Shown one piece after another: positions 44,791-53,524 of a stretch of 64,000 bases of DNA. The notes beneath the pieces were generated by a model. That model made no database searches. It was not told the DNA's origin and saw nothing but the letters and a program-made list of their open reading frames with translations. A program made the position numbers and the translations under genes. The DNA lies in contig CAWKKB010000011.1 in assembly GCA_963850125.1 (NCBI GenBank), positions 92,993 through 156,992 of the forward strand. The letters run 5' to 3'. The DNA comes from an uncultured delta proteobacterium (GTDB lineage: Bacteria; Desulfobacterota; Binatia; Binatales; Binataceae). Position 1 is the first letter of the stretch. Every line of letters begins with the position of its first letter.

Positions 44791-46172
44791 GCATCGAGCG
44801 CGCCCGCAAGATCGCCGACGCCGTCCTCTACGAAGGATACGTGCTGTATCCGTATCGGGCATCGTCGGGCAAAAACCGAGTGCGATGGCAATTCGGGGTG
44901 CTGGCGCCACGCGAATGGAGCGACGCGGGCGGATGCGAGCATTCGTGGTCCCAGACTGAATGTCTGATCGAGGCCGGTCGCGGCGAGTTCGAGATTGCGG
45001 GCAAAGTCAGATTTCTGCAAATCCAGCGCCGCATCGTCGAAGAGCTGGTCGACGGCGATACGGACACGTTCCACCAAGTGGAATCGCTCGAAGCTGAAGC
45101 GGAACTCTGGACCGGCTGGGACGAAGCCATCGAGCGCGAAGTCGATTTCGTCGAGTCATCAGAATCACCTCACGGCGAACGCCGGGTGGAGTTCGAATTT
45201 CCCGCATCCCGCACGAGCGAAGCGATCATTACAAAAGCGGGACGGCACGTCGGCCGATTCGTCCGCGAAACTACCGCCGTTAAGGGAACGATCCGCCTGT
45301 TTGCAGAGCGCGTCGAGGAATCGCCCGCGCTGCGCAAGTTTCACCTGCAAATCGAGAATGTGACGCCTTGGTACGACGCCGCCGCCTCGAGGGACGTCGT
45401 GATGCGCTCTTCGCTGATCGGCGTCCATTCACTGCTCGAGGCCAAACGCGGCAAGTTTGTATCGCTGATCGATCCGCCGGAGTGGGCGAGAGGCGCCGCG
45501 CAGAAATGCTCGAACGTGCACACCTGGCCGGTGATGGTTGGCGAAGAGGGCGACTGCGACGTTGTGCTGTCATCACCGATAATTCTTTACGACTATCCGC
45601 AAGTAGCGCCCGAGAGTCCCGGCGACCTTTACGATGCGACCGAAATCGACGAAATACTGACTCTCCGCACGATGACTCTCACCGAGGACGAGAAGCGCCA
45701 GGCTCGCGCTACCGATCCGCGTGCCGCGGCAATAATCGATCGCGTCGACGAGATGCCGCCGGAAATCCTTGACCGGCTGCACGGCGCGCTGAGATATCTG
45801 CGCGCCGCTACTACAAAGATCGATGCGCAGGCGCCCGCCGAAAATTCCGCCGGGGTCGAGCCGCCGCCGTGGTGGGACCCGGGCGCGGACGCGTCCGTCT
45901 CTCCCGAATCCGACAGCGTGCAAATAGGTGAAGTTTCGGTTTCCAAGGGATCCCGTGTGCGCCTGCGCCCTGGCCCGCGACGGTCGGATGCGCAGGACAT
46001 GTTCCTGGCGGGCAAGACCGCGCGGGTGGAGGCCGTCTACTTCGACGTCGAAGAGAACGAATACCTGGCAGTTACGCTCGAGGACGATCCGGCCGCGGAC
46101 TTTATGCAGACCCACGGGCGCTTTCTCTACTTCTACCCCGACGAGGTCGAGCCGCTCGAGGTCAATCAATGA
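44787..46172 (+). CDS. Conserved hydrogenase-cluster protein of unknown function (461 aa)
   Basis: GTG overlaps the previous stop (GTGA). N-terminus IERARKIADAVLYEGYVLYPYRASSGKNRVRWQFGVL. No family name recognised. Confidence 0.75.
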   Translation: MSIERARKIADAVLYEGYVLYPYRASSGKNRVRWQFGVLAPREWSDAGGCEHSWSQTECLIEAGRGEFEIAGKVRFLQIQRRIVEELVDGDTDTFHQVESLEAEAELWTGWDEAIEREVDFVESSESPHGERRVEFEFPASRTSEAIITKAGRHVGRFVRETTAVKGTIRLFAERVEESPALRKFHLQIENVTPWYDAAASRDVVMRSSLIGVHSLLEAKRGKFVSLIDPPEWARGAAQKCSNVHTWPVMVGEEGDCDVVLSSPIILYDYPQVAPESPGDLYDATEIDEILTLRTMTLTEDEKRQARATDPRAAAIIDRVDEMPPEILDRLHGALRYLRAATTKIDAQAPAENSAGVEPPPWWDPGADASVSPESDSVQIGEVSVSKGSRVRLRPGPRRSDAQDMFLAGKTARVEAVYFDVEENEYLAVTLEDDPAADFMQTHGRFLYFYPDEVEPLEVNQ

Positions 46173-46185
46173 CGCAGGTGTTGCG

Positions 46186-46689
46186 ATGAACCGGGTGATG
46201 GTAGCGGGCGTCGGGAACATTTTTCTCGCCGACGACGGCTTCGGTGTCGAGGTCGCGCGGCGGCTGAGCGCCGAAATGCTTCCTGCCGGCATCGAGGTCG
46301 AGGATTACGGAATTCGCGGGATGCATCTCGCTTTTCAATTGCTCGAGGGTTACGACACGCTCATCTTGATCGATGCGGTGCAGCGTGGCGATCAACCGGG
46401 AACGATCTTTGTGATCGAGCCTGATCTCGATGAACAGCCGGTCAATCCTGCCACCGACGCACACAGCATGAATCCCGAGGCGGTCCTGGGAACGCTCGCC
46501 GCGCTTGGCGGCCGAGTGGGTAGGGTGCTGGTAGTAGGATGCGAGCCGGCGGAGCTTGTCGAGAGAATCGGTCTTAGCGAAGTTGTCAGCCGCGCGGTTG
46601 ACGAAGCGGTGTCGGTCGTGCGGAAACTGATTGATGAAGTGACGGTTGATCGAAACGAAATCAAGAAAGGAGTCAGAGCCGATGTTTAA
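46186..46689 (+). CDS. Hydrogenase maturation endopeptidase (HupD/HyaD/HybD family)
   Basis: ATG at 46186; the ORF-track start 45928 overlaps the upstream gene. MVAGVGNIFLADDGFGVEV, LILIDAV, DAHSMNP are the family's Asp/Asp/His metal-ligand motifs. Confidence 0.88.
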   Translation: MNRVMVAGVGNIFLADDGFGVEVARRLSAEMLPAGIEVEDYGIRGMHLAFQLLEGYDTLILIDAVQRGDQPGTIFVIEPDLDEQPVNPATDAHSMNPEAVLGTLAALGGRVGRVLVVGCEPAELVERIGLSEVVSRAVDEAVSVVRKLIDEVTVDRNEIKKGVRADV

Positions 46690-46786
46690 GAGACTATTTG
46701 CGACCGCGGTGATTCTGGGAGTCGCGTACGTGGTGGTGACGTCGTTGCCGGACATCGCACGCTACATCCAGATTCGCGAGATGTAG
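46682..46786 (+). CDS. 34-aa single-TM micro-protein, not in the ORF track
   Basis: ATG 46682 overlaps the protease stop by 8 nt, with AAAGGAG about 9 nt upstream. Encodes MFKRLFATAVILGVAYVVVTSLPDIARYIQIREM. Resembles, from memory, a small-protein family ending ...LPDIxRYLxIRxM seen near actinobacterial hydrogenase genes. Confidence 0.55.
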   Translation: MFKRLFATAVILGVAYVVVTSLPDIARYIQIREM

Positions 46787-46827
46787 CAGCACGCGCGACT
46801 CGTTGGGCGCGCGATGAGAGGTTTGCG

Positions 46828-47340
46828 ATGGCGAGATACCGCCTGGTGCCTGAGCGGTCAAAAGTCTGGGCGGATGCGCGTTCGAGCTTGCATCCGATCA
46901 AGGTCGAAACCACGGGTCTGGAAGGTTTCGTCGAAATGACGATCGTCGACGGTCATATCGATACCAACGCGCCGGTGAGCGGCAGTGTCGAGCTCGACGC
47001 GTCGTTGTTGAAGACCGGCAACTCTCTCTATGATCGCGAGTTGGTGAGTAAGCTCGAGATGCGCAAGTACCCGCGGGTTCGTGGCCGGGTCATCAGCGTC
47101 AAGGCGCTCGATTCCGGCACTACGTATCGAGTGCAAGGCGAGCTGTCGCTTCACGGGCAGACCAGTCCGGTTCAGGGCGACGTGCGGATGCGAATGATCG
47201 ATGACACCACGGTCGAGTTTCAGGGCGAGCAGACGATTGACATCCGCAACTTTGGCCTCGAGCCGCCGAAATTCCTGATGCTCAAGGTTTATCCGGATGT
47301 GAAAGTTAGAGGATTGGTGATCGCGCAGCTCGAGAGTTGA
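46828..47340 (+). CDS. YceI-like (polyisoprenoid-binding fold) protein without signal peptide
   Basis: 170 aa. SKVWADARSSLHPIKVETTGLEGFV..., LLKTGNSLYDRELVSKLEMRKYPRVRG, YRVQGELSLHGQTSPVQGDV match the YceI lipocalin-like pattern. The N-terminus MARYRLVPERS is not hydrophobic. Confidence 0.75.
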   Translation: MARYRLVPERSKVWADARSSLHPIKVETTGLEGFVEMTIVDGHIDTNAPVSGSVELDASLLKTGNSLYDRELVSKLEMRKYPRVRGRVISVKALDSGTTYRVQGELSLHGQTSPVQGDVRMRMIDDTTVEFQGEQTIDIRNFGLEPPKFLMLKVYPDVKVRGLVIAQLES

Positions 47341-47352
47341 CGGAGGCAGCCG

Positions 47353-47622
47353 ATGTGTCTCGGAATACCCGGCGAAATCATCACGGCGCGTGACGAAAAC
47401 GGTTTGCGAGTCGGCAGCGTCAAGTTTGCCGGAATAACGCGGCAAGTCTGCCTGCAGTACGTTCCCGAAGCCGGCGTCGGAGACTTCGTCGTGGTCCACG
47501 TGGGCTTTGCGATTTCAAAAATCGATCGCGAAGAAGCGGAGCGCTCTTATCGGATACTCGAAGACTTGGGACAAACTTCGGAACTGACCGACGACAATCG
47601 GGCGAGGAGCAGACCGGCATGA
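47353..47622 (+). CDS. hypC: Hydrogenase assembly chaperone HypC/HupF
   Basis: [10 protein letters not shown]-terminus with essential Cys2. 89 aa with an extended C-terminal tail. Stop overlaps the hypD start (ATGA). Confidence 0.9.
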   Translation: MCLGIPGEIITARDENGLRVGSVKFAGITRQVCLQYVPEAGVGDFVVVHVGFAISKIDREEAERSYRILEDLGQTSELTDDNRARSRPA

Positions 47623-48791
47623 AATACCTCGACGAATATCGCAACAGCGCGGTCGCCTCGAGTCTGACAAAAGAAATCGCGAAGACCGCCACCCGTCCGT
47701 GGGTCCTGATGGAAGTATGCGGCGGCCAGACTCACTCGATCGTCCGCTACGGAATCGACAGGATGATCCCGGAGTGCATCGAGCTCGTGCATGGCCCCGG
47801 CTGTCCGGTATGCGTCACCTCGCTCGAGATGATGGACAAGGCGCACGCAATCGCGAGTCATCCCGATGTGATCTTCACGTCGTTCGGCGACATGCTGCGG
47901 GTGCCGGGCTCGCGCGGCGATCTGCTGACCTTGAAGAGCCGCGGCGCCGACGTGCGCGTGGTCTATTCTCCGCTCGACGCGGTCCAGATAGCGCGCGACA
48001 ACCCGGACAAACGAGTCGTATTTTTCGGGGTCGGCTTCGAGACGACGGCGCCCGCCAATGCGATGGCCGTGTATCGCGCAAAGTTCGAGCACGTGAAAAA
48101 TTTTTCGATGCTGGTTTCGCACGTGCTGGTTCCGCCAGCGATGGCGGCCGTGCTGCAGGCGCCCGACAATCGCGTACAGGGATTTCTCGGGCCGGGACAC
48201 GTCTGCGCGGTGGTCGGATACCGCGAATACGAATCGCTGTGCGAACGCTTTCACGTCCCGATCGTCGTCACCGGCTTTGAGCCTATCGACCTGCTCGAAG
48301 GAATCCTGATGACCGTGCGCCAGCTCGAAGCCGGCCGCGCGGAAGTCGAGAATCAGTACGTGCGTGCGGTTGCGCGCGACGGCAATCGGCCTGCAATCGA
48401 TTTGATCGCGAAAGTGTTCGAGGTTGCCGACCGCAAGTGGCGCGGAGTCGGCCCAATCCCGGATTCCGGCTACCAGCTTCGCGACGAGTATCGCGAGCAT
48501 GACGCTGAGAGAATTTTCGAGGTTGAGTCGATCGCGACGCGCGAATCCGAAACCTGCATCAGCGGGTTGATTTTGCGCGGCGCGCGCAAGCCCTCCGATT
48601 GTCCGGCGTTCGGCAAGGAGTGCACGCCGCAGCGCCCGCTCGGCGCAACCATGGTCTCGGCCGAAGGCGCCTGCGCCGCTTACTATCAATACGGCCGCTA
48701 CCTCGACAGCCGATCTCTCACCAGCGGAACCGTTGTTTCGAAGACGGCGCCGCCCGACCGAGCCGATCGCGACGAAAAAGCGCATCCATAG
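47619..48791 (+). CDS. hypD: Hydrogenase maturation protein HypD
   Basis: [26 protein letters not shown]-terminal Cys cluster region. Confidence 0.95.
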   Translation: MKYLDEYRNSAVASSLTKEIAKTATRPWVLMEVCGGQTHSIVRYGIDRMIPECIELVHGPGCPVCVTSLEMMDKAHAIASHPDVIFTSFGDMLRVPGSRGDLLTLKSRGADVRVVYSPLDAVQIARDNPDKRVVFFGVGFETTAPANAMAVYRAKFEHVKNFSMLVSHVLVPPAMAAVLQAPDNRVQGFLGPGHVCAVVGYREYESLCERFHVPIVVTGFEPIDLLEGILMTVRQLEAGRAEVENQYVRAVARDGNRPAIDLIAKVFEVADRKWRGVGPIPDSGYQLRDEYREHDAERIFEVESIATRESETCISGLILRGARKPSDCPAFGKECTPQRPLGATMVSAEGACAAYYQYGRYLDSRSLTSGTVVSKTAPPDRADRDEKAHP

Positions 48792-48800
48792 GGCAGGCAG

Positions 48801-49883
48801 ATGTCATCATCCAACGGCCGCACCATCGAGAGTTCATCTGCGACGAAGTTCGCGCAGTGTCCACTGCAGATCACCGATACGCCGGAAATCCTGCTGGGTC
48901 ACGGCAGCGGCGGAAAACTGACGTCGCGCCTGGTGGAGCAGATATTTCTCCCGGCCTTCAGAAACTCCGCGCTCGAGCCGCTCGACGATCAGGCGATCCT
49001 GACGATAGGCAACTCGCGGATCGCGTTCACCACTGACTCGTACGTGATCACGCCGATCTTTTTTCCAGGCGGCGATATCGGTGAGCTGGCGGTCAACGGC
49101 ACTATCAACGACCTCGCGATGGGCGGCGCGAAACCGCTCTACCTCTCGCTTGCGTTCATTCTCGAAGAAGGTCTGCCGATTTCCGATCTCGAGCGTATCG
49201 TCGCGTCGGCCAAGCGGGCCGCGGATCGCGCCGGGGTCCATATCGTGACCGGCGACACCAAGGTCGTCGGCCGTGGCAGCGGCGACAAGATTTTTATCAA
49301 CACGTCCGGCATCGGGGCGGTGCCCTCCGGCATCAACCTGTCGTCGCGCAATGTGCGGAAGGGCGACGCGATCCTGTTGTCGGGCACGATCGGAGATCAC
49401 GGAGTCGCGATCCTGTCGACGCGCGAAGGACTTGAGTTCGAAGGCGCGCTCGAGAGTGACACGGTCGCGCTCCACGAACTGGCCGGCGAGATGCTTAAAG
49501 CATGTCCCGAAATTCATGCGATGCGGGATCCGACTCGGGGCGGCCTGGCAGCGACGCTGGTCGAAATCGCGTCGCGCCAGCATCTTGGGATCAATGTCGA
49601 CGAGACCTCGGTTCCGATTCGCGACACTGTCCGCGGCGCCTGCGAAATCCTCGGACTTGATCCGCTGCTGGTCGCCAATGAAGGCAAGCTGGTTGCGTTC
49701 GTTCCCGAAAAGGACGCCGAACGAGTTCTCGCAACCATGCGGCGGCATCCGCTCGGCCGCGAGGCGAGTTTGATCGGCCGAGTCACGGAAGAACATCAGG
49801 ACTTTGTAATTCTGCGCACGCCGGTCGGCGGCGATCGCGTGCTCGATTTGCCTTTCGGCGAAGCGTTGCCGCGGATTTGCTAG
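48801..49883 (+). CDS. hypE: Hydrogenase maturation carbamoyl dehydratase HypE
   Basis: AIR-synthase-like fold and the diagnostic C-terminal PRIC. Confidence 0.95.
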   Translation: MSSSNGRTIESSSATKFAQCPLQITDTPEILLGHGSGGKLTSRLVEQIFLPAFRNSALEPLDDQAILTIGNSRIAFTTDSYVITPIFFPGGDIGELAVNGTINDLAMGGAKPLYLSLAFILEEGLPISDLERIVASAKRAADRAGVHIVTGDTKVVGRGSGDKIFINTSGIGAVPSGINLSSRNVRKGDAILLSGTIGDHGVAILSTREGLEFEGALESDTVALHELAGEMLKACPEIHAMRDPTRGGLAATLVEIASRQHLGINVDETSVPIRDTVRGACEILGLDPLLVANEGKLVAFVPEKDAERVLATMRRHPLGREASLIGRVTEEHQDFVILRTPVGGDRVLDLPFGEALPRIC

Positions 49884-49898
49884 CGGGGAGTTTCGAAA

Positions 49899-50165
49899 AT
49901 GTGCCTCGGACTTGTCGGCCGTATCGTGACACTCGCGGCGGAGAATGATCATCCGGACCTTGCGCGAGTCGAGGTCGCGGGCATGACCCGCAACATCAAC
50001 GTCGGAATTTTGCGCGACGAAAAACTCGTCCCCGGCGATTGGATATTAATCCACGCCGGATTCGCGATGGAAAAAATCGACGAGCAAACCGCGCGCAACC
50101 AGATGTCGGCGCTCAGGGACTACACCGGCGGCGACGAGGACCCGGCCGACGAGGATGCGTCGTGA
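49899..50165 (+). CDS. hypC: Second HypC-family chaperone
   Basis: MCLGLVGRIV N-terminus, 88 aa with an acidic tail. Its stop overlaps the GTG of the next gene (GTGA). Confidence 0.88.
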   Translation: MCLGLVGRIVTLAAENDHPDLARVEVAGMTRNINVGILRDEKLVPGDWILIHAGFAMEKIDEQTARNQMSALRDYTGGDEDPADEDAS

Positions 50166-50446
50166 AATTCCTGGTTATCTGGCGAATCGAGATCTCGCTG
50201 CTCTCGCGCGACATAATGAAGTCGGTGCTGACGATGCCGGAGTACGCCGACCCGCTGATGAAGCAGGGCAAGGTGATCGCGCGCTACCACATTCCGGGCC
50301 AGCACGGCGGCGCGTGGATCTACGACGTCGCCTCGAACGAAGAACTCGACATGTTGCTGGCGCGCTCGCCGGTCTTCAACTACTCGCACTTCAAAGTTTA
50401 CCCGCTCGCAGACATGGAGCCGCCCATGTCGAAGAAGCCCGGGTAG
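50162..50446 (+). CDS. Muconolactone delta-isomerase-fold small protein (94 aa)
   Basis: GTG 50162, in frame with the longer track ORF 50039-50446. VKFLVIW...GKVIARYHIPGQHGGAWIYDVASNEELDMLLARSPVFNYSHFKVYPL parallels CatC-type ...GKWRHLWRVAG...[30 protein letters not shown]. Confidence 0.65.
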   Translation: MKFLVIWRIEISLLSRDIMKSVLTMPEYADPLMKQGKVIARYHIPGQHGGAWIYDVASNEELDMLLARSPVFNYSHFKVYPLADMEPPMSKKPG

Positions 50447-50455
50447 CAGGGCATC

Positions 50456-52795
50456 ATGCGTCCGGCTGAAACCACGATCTCCCCATCGTTACGCGACCAA
50501 TCGCGCATCGAGAAGCGCGCGGCGATGCGCATCAGGGTTGACGGAATTGTGCAAGGAGTCGGGTTCCGGCCGTTCGTCTTTGGCTTGGCACAAAGGCTGG
50601 GTCTCGCCGGGTCGATTGTCAACGACTTGCGAGGCGTCGCAATCGAGGTTGAAGGCAGCGTCGCAGACATCGCCGAGTTCCGCGCACGACTGGTGAGCGA
50701 CGCGCCGCCGCTCGCATCGATACAGAACGTCACGAGCGAACCGATCTCGATCGCGAATCGATCCGAATTCGAGATACTGGCGAGCAGCGCTGAAGGCGAG
50801 CGGCAGGTTTTGATTTCTCCCGACATCGCCACCTGCGACGATTGTATCCGCGAGATTTTCGATCCGTTGGATCGACGCTATCGTTATCCGTTCACCAATT
50901 GTACCAATTGCGGTCCTCGATTCACCGTCGTTCGCGGTGTGCCGTACGACCGGCGCTCGACGACGATGGCCGAATTTCCGATGTGCGCTGATTGCGCGCG
51001 TGAATATCACGATCCTTCCGATCGTCGATTCCACGCGGAACCGGTTTGCTGTCCTGCATGCGGTCCGAGTGTGCGTTTGATCGATCGCTGCGGAATAGCG
51101 CAGGCTGGCGATCCGATTCGCAAAGCCGCCGAACTGCTGAGAGCTGGAAGAGTCATCTCGGTGAAAGGGCTCGGCGGCTATCATCTCGCGGCGCTCGCGT
51201 CGGACGAGAAGGCAGTGCAGCAGCTGCGGTCGCGCAAGCATCGCGAGGACAAGCCGTTCGCCGTGATGGCGCCAAATCTGGAATCGGCACGTGAGCTCGC
51301 GACGATCGACGACGTCGCGCAGCGCGCGCTTTCGAGTCCGCGACGTCCAGTGGTTCTGCTCAACCGCAAGGCCGACAGCGACCTGGCGCATTCGGTGGCG
51401 CCCTCGAACCGGTTCATCGGCGTGATGTTGCCGTACACTCCGCTCCATCATCTATTATGCGAATCGGTCAAAGCTCCGATTGTTTTCACCAGTGGCAACG
51501 CTTCCGACGAGCCGATCGCGTACACCGACGACGATGCCGCGAAGAGGCTCTCGCCCATCGCCGATTATTTTCTCATTCACAACCGGCAGATCCACATTCG
51601 CACTGACGATAGTGTTGTGCGTGTTTCGCGAGGGCGCGAAGTTCCGCAGCGCCGTTCGCGCGGTTACGCGCCGCAGCCGATCGAGCTTCCGTTCAACGTG
51701 CGGAGGCAGATTCTCGCTTGCGGGGCGGAACTCAAGAACACTTTTTGCGTCGCGAAACGCCAGCATGCTTTCGTGTCGCATCACATTGGCGATCTGGAAA
51801 ATTTTGAAACTCTGCGTTCATTCCGCGAGGGTATCGATCATTTTCGACGGCTGTTCGGCATCGACCCCGAGGTTGTCGCCTTCGATCTTCATCCCGAGTA
51901 TCTATCCACGAAATACGCCCTTGAACTGAAGGGCGTCGAGTTGGTTGGAGTGCAGCATCACCATGCGCACATCGCGGCGTGCCTTGCTGACAACGGCGAG
52001 CAAGGTCCGGCGATCGGGGTTGCTTTCGACGGGCTAGGGTTCGGGCTCGACGGCACTATCTGGGGCGGCGAATTTCTGATCGCGGACCTGGCGAAGTTTG
52101 AACGCGTCGGCCATCTCGAAGCGATCGCAATGCCCGGTGGGACTGCGGCGATCAAACAGCCATGGCGAATGGCGGCGTCGTACCTGGACAAGACGTATGG
52201 CGGGCATTTGCCGGCCCATCTCAAGGTTGTGGAGCGAAATGCGAACCAATGGCGTCAGATCACTGCGCTCATGAAGAGCGGCGTCAATTCGCCGCTCACT
52301 TCCAGCGCGGGCCGCTTGTTCGATGCGGTGGCGGCGATCCTTTCGGTGCGCGACGCGATCAATTACGAAGGCCAGGCGGCGATCGAATTGGAGCAGCTCG
52401 CGGCGATCGGCGAAGAGGACGCGTACGCTGTATCCGTCTCGACCGCAATTCCCTTTGAAATTCATGGCGCAGAGCTGGTGCGCTCAGTGGTGGACGATTT
52501 GCGCGCTGGCACTCCCGCGGACGTCGTCGCCGCGAGGTTTCACAATTCGATTACGTTGATGATCGTCAAAGCATGCGTTGCGATCAGAGCTGTGCGCGGA
52601 TTGGCTCGAGTCGCACTCAGCGGCGGAGTATTTCAAAACCAGTTATTGCTATCGAGAACCGTGCGATTGCTGGAGGAAGCGGGTTTCCGCGTACTGACTC
52701 ATCGCCAGGTGCCCACCAATGACGCTGGAATAAGTTTTGGACAAGTGGCCGTAGCGGCAGCGCGAGACCGTACGGCAGTCGCGAGGGAGGACTAA
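50456..52795 (+). CDS. hypF: Carbamoyltransferase HypF
   Basis: Acylphosphatase start RIRVDGIVQGVGFRPFV, two CxxC-x18-CxxC zinc-finger pairs (CDDC...CTNCGPRF, CADC...CPACGP), YrdC-like and Kae1-like domains. Alternative start ATG 50525. Confidence 0.95.
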   Translation: MRPAETTISPSLRDQSRIEKRAAMRIRVDGIVQGVGFRPFVFGLAQRLGLAGSIVNDLRGVAIEVEGSVADIAEFRARLVSDAPPLASIQNVTSEPISIANRSEFEILASSAEGERQVLISPDIATCDDCIREIFDPLDRRYRYPFTNCTNCGPRFTVVRGVPYDRRSTTMAEFPMCADCAREYHDPSDRRFHAEPVCCPACGPSVRLIDRCGIAQAGDPIRKAAELLRAGRVISVKGLGGYHLAALASDEKAVQQLRSRKHREDKPFAVMAPNLESARELATIDDVAQRALSSPRRPVVLLNRKADSDLAHSVAPSNRFIGVMLPYTPLHHLLCESVKAPIVFTSGNASDEPIAYTDDDAAKRLSPIADYFLIHNRQIHIRTDDSVVRVSRGREVPQRRSRGYAPQPIELPFNVRRQILACGAELKNTFCVAKRQHAFVSHHIGDLENFETLRSFREGIDHFRRLFGIDPEVVAFDLHPEYLSTKYALELKGVELVGVQHHHAHIAACLADNGEQGPAIGVAFDGLGFGLDGTIWGGEFLIADLAKFERVGHLEAIAMPGGTAAIKQPWRMAASYLDKTYGGHLPAHLKVVERNANQWRQITALMKSGVNSPLTSSAGRLFDAVAAILSVRDAINYEGQAAIELEQLAAIGEEDAYAVSVSTAIPFEIHGAELVRSVVDDLRAGTPADVVAARFHNSITLMIVKACVAIRAVRGLARVALSGGVFQNQLLLSRTVRLLEEAGFRVLTHRQVPTNDAGISFGQVAVAAARDRTAVARED

Positions 52796-52811
52796 TTCAA
52801 TAGGAGCGGTT

Positions 52812-53177
52812 TTGGGTTTCATGTTGGGTTATGTGCTGGGGGCAAAGGAAGGCCCCGAGCGTTTCGACGAGCTGCGGAAGGCGTGGGAGACGATCGTCAA
52901 CTCGGAAGAATTTCAGGGGTTGCTCAACACCGGCACCGCTATGTTCATGGGCGCTCTCGAGAGCGGAAAGGCGACGATCGGTGAGACGCTCGGCGGTTTC
53001 ATGTCCGGGGAAGGGCGGCTTGGCGAGACTCTGTCGAGCTTTTCGAATAACGGCGTCCTGATGGATGCGTGGAAGACGCTTTCGAAGTCACCCGAGATTC
53101 AGTCGCTTATCTTGAGCGGAGTCGCGATGGTCGGCGGATTGGTGATGCAGAGGCGCGCCGCCAAGCGGTCGGAGTAA
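52812..53177 (+). CDS. Hypothetical Gly/Met/Leu-rich protein inside the hyp cluster
   Basis: 121 aa. TTG start with AGGAG 5 nt upstream. Hydrophobic N-terminal GFMLGYVLGAKEG and a C-terminal hydrophobic segment LILSGVAMVGGLVM. No family recognised. Confidence 0.55.
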   Translation: MGFMLGYVLGAKEGPERFDELRKAWETIVNSEEFQGLLNTGTAMFMGALESGKATIGETLGGFMSGEGRLGETLSSFSNNGVLMDAWKTLSKSPEIQSLILSGVAMVGGLVMQRRAAKRSE

Positions 53178-53193
53178 CAGCAGGGGCCGCCTA

Positions 53194-53523
53194 ATGCACG
53201 AGCTGGCGATCACTGAAAGCATCGTCGAGAGCGTCGAGGATCATGTCCGCGGAGCGAAGGTTCTTCGGGTGGTGCTGGTGATCGGCAAGCTCTCCGGCGT
53301 GGTGCCTGACGCATTGCGCGCATGCTTCGAAGTTTGCGCGGAAGGGACGGTGATGGAAGGCGCAGCGCTGGACATCGAAGAGACTCCGGGACGTGCTCGA
53401 TGTCGAGACTGCCAGGCGCAGGTCGAGTTGCTCGACACGATAGCACTGTGCCCGTGTGGAAGCGCGAACCTGGCAATGCTCAGCGGACAGGAATTGAAAA
53501 TCCGATCGGTCGAGGTACTTTGA
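53194..53523 (+). CDS. hypA: Hydrogenase nickel-insertion protein HypA
   Basis: MHELAITESIV N-terminus (MHE Ni site) and zinc motif CRDC...CPCG. Confidence 0.9.
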   Translation: MHELAITESIVESVEDHVRGAKVLRVVLVIGKLSGVVPDALRACFEVCAEGTVMEGAALDIEETPGRARCRDCQAQVELLDTIALCPCGSANLAMLSGQELKIRSVEVL

Positions 53524-53524
53524 A

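Noticed and set aside
41449-51451. Long antisense ORFs through the hydrogenase/hyp cluster (41449-42552, 43200-43988, 43993-44910, 45573-46292, 47547-48785, 48834-49952, 50489-51451)
   Set aside because: Each is antisense to a gene with diagnostic Hyp or hydrogenase motifs, and none has motifs of its own.
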